Below, piece after piece: positions 1 through 11,429 of a stretch of DNA of 64,000 nt (the stretch's first letter is position 1; each line of letters opens with the position of its first letter). The notes under the pieces were generated by a model. That model did not search any database. It was not told where the DNA came from and saw nothing but the letters and a program-made list of their open reading frames with translations. The position numbers and the translations under genes are program-made. Origin of the DNA: Acanthaster planci (Eukaryota); contig NW_019091355.1 in NCBI RefSeq assembly GCF_001949145.1, positions 5,977,068 through 6,041,067 of the forward strand, read 5' to 3'.

Positions 1-2045
1 TGTGTTCGCGGGCCAGGGATCGCTTGGTTAGTAAGGACAGTGGTGTGGTGGTTTTGGTTCTTGCTAACCTACGGAATAGGACAGTGCGTAGGTTTACTAT
101 TCCTTCCCTTTCGATCGGCCCGTGTACAACCGTGCATTTGCTACAGTACTGTACTGTCGAACATGTGAGTTCGCTCTTGGAGTACCTTCTCAATTTGCAG
201 CAGGATAACGGCTGGCCCCCTGGCATAGCCACGTTGTGGTCACGTAGCTTGTGTAGTGGTTGTTGGGCAAGAAATGCAAATTGTCTGGGGTTTTTTCTTC
301 CTCACATCATTCTTCACATCAGAAGAAGAAACATCGTACCTCAAAAGGCTTCCCCTCAACCAAAGAAATGCTAAGTGCCCTTTCCGAGTCCATTTCAGAA
401 CTTGTGTGGTGATACCTGCCTCCTCCTCTGACTACTATGCATGTGGATCCGGAGCTTTATTCTCTACCCCTGGCCCATTAGGGCGGTTCTTCGGCTGAGC
501 TTCGGGGCATTTTTCACCCTCTGGGGCCGTCTCAATCCGCGATGGATAACAGTCCTTACTGTGAGTTTTGCTTCTGGTCCTGACTTTTTGTATATTTCTG
601 GTTCAGGTCAGTCTCTGAATGAGGATGAATCCCTTTCGGTGAATGATCTTTTGCTGTCCAAGTCTCCCTGACATCTTCTACAGTGATACAAGTCCTTGGA
701 CTGCCCACCCCGTCATTGACGGGAGGGGGGGCATCCCTTGTTGAAGCATCGTCCACCTGCAGAGACCTCGTCTTCCCAGAGTTTCCCTTTGATCGTTCTT
801 GTATAGTTGCTATGGACAGACTGGTGAAGGCCAAGCGGTGGACTTCAGGCTTCCACCCATGCCAGTTTTTTAAGTTCGCAATGGGTGATTTTGATCAGTA
901 TCTCTCGGTACCTGACTCCCCAACTTGGCCAGAGATGAGATTTTTCCGAACAGGGGCAAGTCTACCCATGTTTTTCAAGATTCAAGAATCTTCAGCAAAA
1001 AGTCTGCTCTGAAGGATGTTGATTTAGCTGCTCGCTCGGGCATTTGCTGCATGTCTTTCCTCCTCCTTCCCGAGTTCTTGTCCTGGGCTTGCAACATTGC
1101 AAGGAGGGCTCTGATATTTCATCCAAGATTGTGGTCATGGCCTTTCACTACCTCGACGATTCCTTGTTTACAGGGTTTGAGCAGTTGCCAGGGTATCTCT
1201 TTGTGCTACAGCTTCCCATAGGGAATCAGCTATTCTGGCTATGAGTATTCCCCACGAGTCAATTAATTCTGCCCTCAAGAGTCTTCCCCTGTTTGATAAA
1301 GATAAAGTGAGGTATATATACCCCGTCCGGATGCTTAAATGGTACCTCCACCGGACTGAGGACACCTGAGGGTAAGTGACTCAATTGCTCATCACATCTA
1401 CATGTACCAAGCCTCACCGTCCAGCCTCCAGAGACACTATTGCCGGGTGGGTAGTTTCGGCTATTAAATCTGCTAATTCAGACTGGCCTACTAGTCCTGA
1501 TGATCAGTGCCGACGCCATATACATGCTCATGATATTCGGGCCGTTTGGTCCTGGGCTTATTTTAAAGGCATCCCAATTCAGACATTTGTAAGGCTGCAT
1601 GTTTGAAATTCCCCTGAACATCTCTTGTTATCTCAGTGATGTTTTGCAGGGGGATCATTCTCATGGACTGGCCGTGCTGGCCATCTTCAAGACGGGATCT
1701 CAGTAGCTAGTAGTAGGTTTGGTGCTGCTTTGCATATGTACATGTATTGGTAATCTGCGTGGGTTGCAGGCAGTAGACTCCCTCCCACCAAGAGTGGGAC
1801 GAGTCTACTACTACATACCTATGAGATTACCAGTCTCCCTCCCTCCTCCCCACACAGCGCAAAGTGCGCTGAGGCCATGTGAGGAGGACTCAAAAAAGAG
1901 CAAGAACATGGCGGCCGCCTTGTGGGAGTTGGGAAAATGAGGGTGCACTACTGTTGATCGAGAATTTAGCGAATGGAAGTAATGGACTAGGAAATAAATG
2001 CATGTATATTGGTAATCTGGTAGGTATGTCCCACTCTATATGTAC
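1..2045 (+). mobile_element. DIRS-like tyrosine-recombinase retrotransposon, internally deleted and degenerate (gag remnant, YR C-terminus, ICR, right ITR), inside SKP1 intron
   Basis: 1240-1610 reads LKWYLHRT...QLLITS(TC)TKPHRPASRDTIAGWVVSAIKSAN...HAHDIRAV, a YR HxxR box colinear with 56700-56950. A palindromic ICR at about 1747-1832 is complementary to 2005-2040. The terminal 'aacatggcggccgc...gggtgcactactgttgatc' is shared with 32870-32930 and 57390. No RT is visible between gag-like 180-1230 and the YR. Confidence 0.75.
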
Positions 2046-2464
2046 ATGTGGGTGGGGGGAGAAATCAGTGAATTTTTTGGGGAAAACGACAAAGTTTATT
2101 CAGTTTTTCAGGTTGAGAAAAAATTTTCTAGTATCAAACATACTGCCAATACATGTATTCTGATAAAATTTTTTCAAAAAATAGGAATTTCTTTTTTTTT
2201 TCAAAAAGATGACATTGTACCGTTTAACTAGCTTTAGTGTTTATAATGAAATGTACATTTGATTAAATTTTAATTGAAAATTGTGAAGTAGAAAGTTATT
2301 ATTTCATGATTATGAAAGCTATCATGTATAATGAGGGATTAACCATGACCATGTTTCATGAACATTTCATGAAATTTAAACCATATCTTATTTGTCAGGG
2401 TTAAAATAATAACAAATGTATTTGCTTGGCAGCACTCCAGACTTTATTTTCTTTCCTTTTATAG

Positions 2465-2679
2465 ATCTTGGAGTGGATGAAGATGATGATGAGGCCATCC
2501 CTCTCCCTAATGTCAACTCAGCTATCTTGAGGAAAGTCATCAAGTGGTGCACCTACCACAAAGATGATCCCCCACCACCAGAGGACGATGAGAACAGGGA
2601 GAAGAGAACAGATGATCTGTGTGGTTATGACCTGGATTTCCTGAAGGTGGACCAGGGCACACTGTTTGAACTAATCCTG
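2465..2679 (+). CDS. SKP1: S-phase kinase-associated protein 1, internal coding exon (first coding exon is upstream of the window)
   Basis: Acceptor AG at 2463-2464. Encodes (D)[71 protein letters not shown], a typical Skp1 POZ region. GTGAGT donor at 2680. Confidence 0.97.
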
Positions 2680-4838
2680 GTGAGTTACATGTACTTGTGA
2701 GCGACTGTTACCTGTCAAAACTCTAAATGGAGATTTTCAGTATTTACGTTGTACCAGACCCTAATTCTTGGCACTTGTCAACTCCACTTCTGGGACTCCC
2801 TTACCTTTCACGTCTTTGCATATTTCTCTAGCCTGAGGTTCCTAACATGCCTAATGCTAGTGTTTTATACCACTGTAAATAGCACCCTTAGCTCTCACAT
2901 CAGTCTGGTACTCTTATTTCTCTAATGCTTGCATGGGTGACATGCAAAATTTTCACGTTTCTGAGGACATGTACCGGTACATACATAAATATACTCTTAG
3001 CAGTGGAGGTTCCTTAGTTGGAACTGAACTTTCATGATTCATGAATGACTAGACAATGCATGCGTCACGGTTGCATTGTTACAGAGATGTTATTTCTGTG
3101 TTTTTTTCCCTGGAATTCCGTTTTTTGGGGCCTCAAAAGTTGACTCTCGTGAATCGTGCAAATCCGTTGAGAAACTGGGGGTACAATATGCTAATTAAAT
3201 ATTCATATCGCATTCGCATGTATGCCAAAATGAACAGAAGAGTCAACTCACTTGTTTATTCTGTCTTCTCGAGAATCAGACACTTTGGACTATTTTTCTA
3301 ATGGCATTTCACCGCGTATGTCTGCATTATATTTACAATATACTTTTATACATGTACTTTTTGCATTCCTCACATGTCCTCGTGCTTGAGAATGAGGTTT
3401 TACAAGACTGGTATTTCGCGTGCATTTTATATGAGTAAAATTTGAAATCTGGGGCTCGTATCCAGCCCAGCTGCATCGTATGTACGCGCACCGCTGTGTA
3501 AACAGTAGGCACGTGATTTGACTGATTTGACACGATTCGACACACATGAAAACAATGGCAAGGAAAACGAATGCATAAACAATCTTCATCAAATACCCCA
3601 CATGGTCAACGGAAAGAAAATTTTAAAAGGTTTTGGAAATCACAGCCTTCTAAAGTTCCCTTCAGTTAACCAATGTTTCACATTCCCCTTTCAAAATAAA
3701 CTCGCGCAACCCTGTCGCACATTAAAAATGAAAGTTACTGTTCCATAAATTAAAAGAACATTTCTGCAAAATAGATTAGATTAGATAGAAATAGATTCCC
3801 ACCAATTAAAAACTAACGGAAATTCCCCAATTTCAGCGCCCTCTTACGTCCGGTCCTTACACACATGAACTGGTTCTCAAGTTTAAGAAACCTTTACTTA
3901 CGTGCAACATTGGGCACCAGTTTCCAGGTCGTGCTTTGCCATGCCGCACAGTGTGGCTGGCCGGCCACTCACACCACTGTAACAACGTTAACCAAGCACC
4001 CTGCTTTTGCATTTGTAAGCCTGAGTAAAAGGGTCGGCGTTGATTGTGTGTTCTTTCCAACTCTACTTTCCTAGACTTCTTTGATTTGTTGATCATTAAC
4101 ATTGTGAAAATCTCAACCTATCTGCCAACTACATGTATATGTCATCTGCAAGAGATATAGGCCTTCATAGGATATTAAATGTGAGGTTTCCAGGCCCATT
4201 GTCATTGCCACACAGATCCATTGTACTGACGTCTGGAGGGCATCAAGTGTGACTGTTTCTTTGAGCTATTGTTATGCAGTTTCGGGCATTATCCCACTTT
4301 CTGAACGAGGCCCGTGTGAATTCAGGAGTACAGGGAATAAGAACAGTTGGCCCGTTCCTCCTGTGCGCCCATGTCAGAACGGGAAAATACTTTTCATCTT
4401 TGGCCTTCAGTAATGACAGGTTTTTAAGGGATTCAAGTCTTCCTTTCCTCTGTGGAAGTAGAAATTAGTAAATATGGAAACATATGACATGATTTAATAT
4501 TATAAGTGCTGGTAGATGGGAAAATATGCCTTCCCCTTCAGATAAATTTCTGTGACATACATGTAGATGTTGGTCCACCACATACTGTTTGCATATTTTC
4601 TGTTAACATTGTTGTGTTGAGCAACTCCATGAATATTGGTCCACATCAGCCAAATTTGCAGTGCAAGGGTGCTGTTTAGAATTCAGTGGGTGTTCATGTA
4701 CGTATGAGGACCTTCAAAGGTAATACTGGCTTTCATCCACTGGGATACAAAATTCAGTCTTCAAACTTTTTTATTACCACCGCAGATCAAAAGTGTTAAA
4801 GTTGTCTTTGGTTATAATCTTGGATTTTTATCTTTTAG

Positions 4839-4979
4839 GCAGCAAATTACCTAGATATCAAAGGACTTTTGGATTCCACCTGCAAGACTGTAGCCAACAT
4901 GATCAAGGGCAAAACCCCTGAAGAGATCAGGAAGACATTCAACATCAAGAATGACTTCAGTCCAGCTGAGGAAGAGCAG
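4839..4979 (+). CDS. SKP1: SKP1 coding exon (dimerisation / F-box-binding region)
   Basis: ttttag acceptor. 141 nt, phase 0-0, encoding [53 protein letters not shown] donor at 4980. Not in the ORF track on this strand. Confidence 0.97.
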
Positions 4980-5836
4980 GTAAGGAATAGGTCGGAGAAT
5001 ACAAGAAGCGAAGCAATAGCTTGAATAATATAAAGAAAGAAAGCAATTACAGTGATTTGCAAAAGTTTAAGATCACTTGGAATTTTATTGGTACATGTAT
5101 TTCTGTCACTGGGCCAGCATTGCTTGTCTCATTGAATGATTATTTAACATGTTTTTATAGTGGTGCATAACATCGGTGTAGTGCTATACACCCGTTTGAA
5201 TGAAATTTTTTGCAAAGGCAGGTCTTGTATGACATTTTGTCTGTAAGGCAGCATGGGTAAAAAAGCCAGTCTAAGTCATCAGAAATAAAGGAGAGCACAC
5301 TAAATATTAGACTGTTAACATTTCAAATCATGGAAATGTAGTCAAATAGCTGTTAAACCAAGATACTAAGGTTACACATTGAAAATAAACATAAGTCGCC
5401 ATGTTTGATTGGTTTAAGTTTAGTTTCTCTTCAGGTTAATGCATTTTGTATGGGTGGTCCTAGACTTTTTCCAATGACTGTAGTTAATATTTTTAGGTAT
5501 CTGACCAGTACATTTTTACTTCATGTCCTCATGATTGTTACCAAACTTGTGCCGATATTGAGATTGAAAATGGAGATATTCCCTATACTACTATTTTTTG
5601 TCAAACTATGACCAGCTGTTTGTAACTTCAGATTTTTTTGCCCCAGATGGTAAACTGTATGTTCCATAGTTTGCGTGAAAATCATGAACAATTAAATTAT
5701 TTATATACCACATAAAAACATGTTTAATGATGATGTTTGAGGAAAACTTGCACAGTAGGGATAGCCTAAAATCCACATTGTGTTCGACTCAGCTTGCAGG
5801 CCAACTGCCGTAAGCCAGTAAGGTTGCATGTGCATT

Positions 5837-5924
5837 GAAGCGAGTAACTTTCGATAACTCGAACGTCGGATAACTCGAACTTTTCGTCCATTCCCCTGAG
5901 CTTCGACTTAACGAGATCTTACTG
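5837..5924. mobile_element. Right end of a Tc1/mariner(pogo)-type MITE
   Basis: Repeated 'cgataactcgaac' units and a terminus ...cttcgacttaacgagatcttactg followed by TA. No matching left end found. Confidence 0.5.
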
Positions 5925-5925
5925 T

Positions 5926-6110
5926 AAGTGAATCACCTGCACTCGTAAGCAGGAAGTTGTGGGTTCGAGTCCCACCTGAGTACGCTTGTGGTTTTTCACC
6001 AGCCTTCGGGGGCAGACACTGAGTATACAGTGTTATAATACATGTCAGGCAGGGCAAAAATCCAAAATTAATTAACATCTCCCCAGTACAAATCCATTCT
6101 TGGAAATACA
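5926..6110 (+). mobile_element. tRNA-derived SINE (5' truncated)
   Basis: Pol III B-box GGTTCGAGTCC at 5962-5972, followed by a non-tRNA body. No complete cloverleaf. Confidence 0.6.
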
Positions 6111-7179
6111 TGTTGGAAATGTCGGCTATAGCCCAAGCACCAGCGCTGCCTCAGGCCTGCATATGTACATTAGTGCATATAGGCCTACTCAAAGTCAACC
6201 TATGGTAAAACATGACTTGTACACAATTTTGAAAGGAATGCACACATTGCTATGAAACATGGCTGCATTTGCAGGTATGTGATTATGTACATGTATGCCT
6301 TCGTATCTAACACTCACCCTGACCAACACGACTTTTGCTCCAGCTGCAGCAAAGCGAGCAATTCCTGTAATGTTTAGGAAACTGGCACTAAATAAAAGTG
6401 CGGTTGACTGCGAAAAGTTGACTCAGACATGAAAAAGTCGCATACGCCCATGCTTCAGTGCTAGCTACTAGGAGACCTGTTACCTACCGGTATCCTGACC
6501 TTATTTTTGGAGTGATGATGTGCATGAGATATGCCAGATGTGCAACTTAAATGTACATAATGTACATGTACATGTATACACCACACAACTACATGTATGT
6601 AAATGTATGCTTAACATTAAACTCCTGTACTGTGACAGTAACACAAATTCTGATTTGAAAATAACATTTTTCTTGTTTCTGCAACACATTTCAAGTACAT
6701 GTATATCTCTTAGAACTTGGTGAGGAACTGTTTTAATTCATCATCATAGCTTTTGTGCATTTGTACACCAAATCTACGCAATAACCAAAGCCAATAGACT
6801 ATTTCAATGAGCAAAAGCCACAAACTGAACAAGTCAAGCAAAGGGGAGGGGGTATAGTGGACCCCCTGCTTACCTCCCTCCCCCAACTTCCGCCGTTGGT
6901 GATTCAGGCAGCCAGAGAGTTTACCCTTTTTAATTGAAGTTCTCTACATTGCATCAAATTTACAAACACACATGTACATATATATCTGTATCAGAGCACA
7001 TAGCGGAGTTGAATGGGTCATATTCAGATTAATATCATGACTGGTTAAATGTTTGGCATGTTATGTAAACTCAAGTTCTTTTCTTCTTTGCTCATGTGCA
7101 GTCTTAAAAGTATGTTAAACTTCAATCTTTGGTCAGTGGTAATCATTGTCATTGTTGTCTTTTTTACCTATTCTTGCAG

Positions 7180-7215
7180 GTTAGGAAGGAGAACAGCTGG
7201 TGTGAAGAGAAATAG
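7180..7215 (+). CDS. SKP1: SKP1 terminal coding exon
   Basis: ttcttgcag acceptor. Encodes VRKENSWCEEK* (canonical Skp1 C-terminus is VRKENQWCEEK). TAG at 7213-7215. Confidence 0.97.
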   Translation, partial: VRKENSWCEEK

Positions 7216-9309
7216 ATGCCCTTTCTACAGATCAGCACATAGGTCACCCTTACCATTTCTTACCTAAATACATGTACTTCCCAAATTCGCAACATGCAGG
7301 TACATCTTAAATTGAGGCTCACTTGTAACAGTGCATCTTGGATTATTGCCTCAGACATATATCTCAGCTATGCCTTTGAGACAGATGGTTTCTTTTGTAC
7401 TGCTGCCAGATCTTTACTGTATATACATGTACATGTCATGGAAGACGAGAACTAACACACAAATCCGGGATTGGTACATTCTGTGAAAACTGTGCAATGA
7501 ACAATTGAAGTTTCACAAACTAACATAAAAGTAAGGGGGTATGTGCACACACTTGGCGCACTGACCGGTGATTTCTATAGATCTGGGTTTTTACAAACGT
7601 TTGACATGAATTACTCATTCATATACTTGTGGATTATAGCGGCATTGAAGTAAAATAGTTCTTACTTAGGAAATAAATTAACAGGTTTCTTTTCATGAAA
7701 ACAAATATGTGCTAAGACTTGTCTTAGTTTGTGAGAATGCAAATTACGGCAACTGTCAATTCTCAGCGCAAGACATATAAAGAAATGAAAATTACAGGGA
7801 CAGTAAATTCTCTGCCCAAAACGACCCTTTGTTTGTGGTGACAGTGACGATGTGTGCACATTGTACCTGGAAGGGCCCACTTCCCCTGAATGATTATTAA
7901 TCGTACCTAAAATGTAGTTAGTGTATGCTTAACTTTGTTAATACATGTTCGGCAGTCGTCAAGAGTTGACAGTTGTTGAATGGTTGATTGTATGATGAGG
8001 ATAAAACTGAACCTTTAGCCATAAACAGCTGTTGGGAAATTATACAGTAGCTGACACCTTAAAGGGAAATAACTCACAATTACATGTTAAAATGAAGAAA
8101 CCAGGACTTGGATTTAGTAGTTTGCTAGTGTACATATGCTCATGTCTTGGATGGGTAAAACTTCTCATGAAATTGACATTGCTCCTTTTCAAAAATTATC
8201 TTTTGAATCATCCTGTTTTGCATCATTTTCATGAATATAAATACTGTACTCTGGGAAAGGGGGGCTGGCTGCCATGCAAGCTTTGAAAAAAATTACAAGC
8301 ATGACGTTTGTACCTAGCATCAAAATCATTTATTTCACCATGTCAGTTCGCATGCTGCAGGAGGTGAAATGTCGGGAAAAAAGATTTCTATATGCACTCT
8401 TGTGAAAATGATGGAAAAAAAACGTATTTCTCCTTACCCCTCCTGAAAGAAAGACAGACCAAAATTCGACCAGGCTGAAAATTTCGAGCCAGCAGTAGGA
8501 AAATCAAGTTTTATTGCCAGCAACTGCAATATTTCTGCAGACAGAATGTTTACTCGGGGTCACTGAAAAGTAACAGTGGGGTAGTGGAATTTTTAACCAT
8601 CAAAATTACCTACATGTACTTCAGCTTTGGTTTGGGGTACTTCATCACAAGTAAAACCCCATTTGATGATGGATTTGTCTTTATGGCCTTTGAGAATTGT
8701 TCCTCTTAGTTGAACAATATTTTAATTGCTGAAAGTGTTGTTTGGGCTTGTTGTTTGATAGATGAATTACTTTATGAATACATGTATGTACCGGTAGCTT
8801 GTTGGCTTGTTGTACATGTTAGAAGAAAGAGTGTTGAAATCCAGTGCCAAGAAGTGTGGTTTTAAAGATTTCTCAATGATGACTGCAGAAAAAAACAATG
8901 TGAAGGGAATTTTTCGTTTGTAAAATATTGTTGGCTGTTGTGCACCGTTTTATGGGAGCATGATGAGTGTACCTGCAGTCCCAATTATGAAATATAGGCA
9001 GATATAAAAAGTGAGAAATGTGCATGTTTGTTATGACACAGAGTTTGTAACATGCAGATGGAACGAAGACTGGGTGTAGACACATACAGTTATCATTGTA
9101 TACCAGGAAGGCCTGTGCAATGGGCTAATCCTACATCATGTCGGACGTTTTGGTTCTCAACAAAATACATGTACCTGACAGTACCTGTCTGTTGGTTTTT
9201 CTGTACAATAGCTGTACAACAACTGCCCACTGCTGGGGTTTTCATAAGTGTGAAGTGACTACTTGCTAAGATGTACCATGCTGCTTAAAATGTTCCCTGG
9301 GCAACATTG

Positions 9310-9315
9310 AATAAA
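9310..9315 (+). promoter_or_regulatory. Candidate distal polyadenylation signal of SKP1 (another AATAAA at 7672-7677)
   Basis: AATAAA hexamer about 2.1 kb after the stop codon. No transcript evidence. Confidence 0.3.
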
Positions 9316-9738
9316 AGACACGTACATGTACCTCCCACTGCGCCAGAGAATTTTAAATTACGAATGGAAAAGTCACGACTTTTCCAAAACACTTCAGATA
9401 TCATTCAGACTTAGGTTCTATTAAGTCAAAGATTTGAAGTAAAGTTAATTCATTTTTCCCTTTTATTTCAAAACTGCTTTTCCTTAACAGTTACACCATA
9501 GACGAATATCTCTTTGTACTGTTAACAATGCTAAAGTTGTCAGGTGTTCCCTGCTTTGCTGATGTGTTCATGTAACTTTCAATTATAGACCTCTTCAGTA
9601 TAAATAGACATCTAGCGGCCACAAATTGTGAAATTTGTTTCCTATGTAGTTATTTATTCATATCTGTTCATCCAACAGCACATTAAATGCCATTTCAAAG
9701 ATGATTAATAGTGACAATAAAGCCAATAAAGAAATGTT

Positions 9739-9907
9739 CAGTTTTTAGGGGTTGGAGAGAATCTGGATGAATATTTCATGAAAACATCCATGGAAATGGG
9801 TTGGACTGAAAACACAACAGTCAAGGTGCCCACCCTAAGTGAGATTCAATCCTTGGTTTACAGAGAGGGAAGGTGAGGAAAGAGCCACCTGCTATACTGA
9901 CTCGCCA
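9739..9907 (-). mobile_element. Degenerate SINE, same family as 22677-22840
   Basis: The reverse complement aligns by eye with 22677-22840 (…ctctttcctcaccttc…gattgaatct…ttttcagtcc…aatattcatcc…aaactg). Confidence 0.55.
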
Positions 9908-10949
9908 AGGAAACTAAATATTCAGTAAATGCCCTTTAGAAAAGCTTTATAATATCTTGGGACATGTATACGTGTTTAAAAGAAATGTACACGTATTTAG
10001 AAATTTGGATTATGACCCATTGGTGCAATTTACATGATAAAAATCCATTTACAGCCTTTACGGGTATTGCCACATGTATTTACCATGAGTATAACCAATG
10101 TGTTTTTCAAACTGCATGTAAAAACCCAATTTGTAAAATACTCTAATGTTCTGTTTGTGGAGATGGTAAAACAGCCGGTACATGGAGATGTTCAGTTGTT
10201 GATATAGGGACAGAGTTTCTGTTGGTGGGAAGATCGCTTGACAGCAGTAGTCTAGATTTTGCATCGTTCAGTGGATTTATTTATTTACATTTAACACCAG
10301 TGTCACAATAATCCTTAGTACATGAATTGTTTACTGTGGTTTCCCAGTTTGGCCGCAAAGTTGATTTTAATAAAAGTTGTTTGAAGAAATTGTCTTAAAG
10401 AGCACCTCTAAGGAAAACATGTTTTCTCTGACTTTATCTGTTCAAATAAATATGGAAGCAAACATATCGAATGCAGTGTCATTTGTCTTCAGAGCTACAA
10501 TGGCTGCATGCATTATTTGGCATTCGCAGGGTTTATCCACAATTAACACAGTGCAGGGTTCACCTCGTTTTCTCAGAATGACGTAATCTACATTCAGAAT
10601 TTGCATCTAGGCATGAACAGAAAAATTCCTTTTTAAGCTTGTTTAGCTCTGAAGACAACCCTGCGTTTGATATGTACATATATGCTTCCATATTTATTTG
10701 AACAGATAAAATCAGAGCAAACGTGTTTTCCTTAGAGGTGCTCTTTCAAACCTGCTTTGAAAGGTGGAATTCATGCTGCAGATCTGGACAGCTAGGTACA
10801 GAAAGAAAACAAAAGGAACATTCATTGTACAGGGGCCTTATCAATGGCATGAGTTACTGTGTGTGTTGCAGATGGTTAGCAGGTTGCAGTTTGTCAGTGT
10901 TTTGGGAATTGTTTCCAATGGTTTCTGTATTGTTTGCATTGGCCAGTCT

Positions 10950-11230
10950 GGTAGACTTGTCTAGATAGCTGTTGTACATAATCATTTCTTTTCTGTTCAT
11001 GCATTGCGGGAATACATGAAATATACTTCAAGCATTCACAGACAACAGGTGGAAAGATTTTCCTGTGTCCCCTCCCTCCAAACTTGAAACCCTTTCTTGT
11101 TTCAAATAAAAATGTTATCATGAGCTCATTGTTGGTCCATTGCCCGATGAACCAATAATGCATGATGTATGCTCCACATTTCACCCTCTTTCTCTCTTCT
11201 GCCACTATGTGTGAATAAATTAGTGACACA
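10950..11230 (-). pseudogene. Degenerate DUF4806-like fragment (transposon-associated)
   Basis: The pattern WTNNELMITFLFETRKGFKFGGRGHRKIFPPVVCECL resembles the DUF4806 C-terminal signature. Recognised by eye only. Confidence 0.3.
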
Positions 11231-11429
11231 AGCTGCTTTGAGAATACCTTCAGTCTGACTATGGTTGGAGTTGTTTGTTCTTCAGAACGTCTTCAGGTCT
11301 TCAGAACGTTGATCACACAAAGTGACTCATGATGTAAGACAGACGTTAGTACTAGGCTTCCCAATTTCACTTGTTTTAGTAATAGACAGAGGGCTGGAGA
11401 GGGCTCAATGAATATTTTGGGAACACGTC

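Noticed and set aside
4951..4979. SKP1 retains the Pro (DFSPAEEEQ) that is hydroxylated and GlcNAc-modified in Dictyostelium/Toxoplasma, next to the UDP-GlcNAc pathway gene GFPT
   Set aside because: This Pro is common in non-vertebrate Skp1, and the modifying enzymes are not in the window. Adjacency alone is not evidence of a functional cluster.
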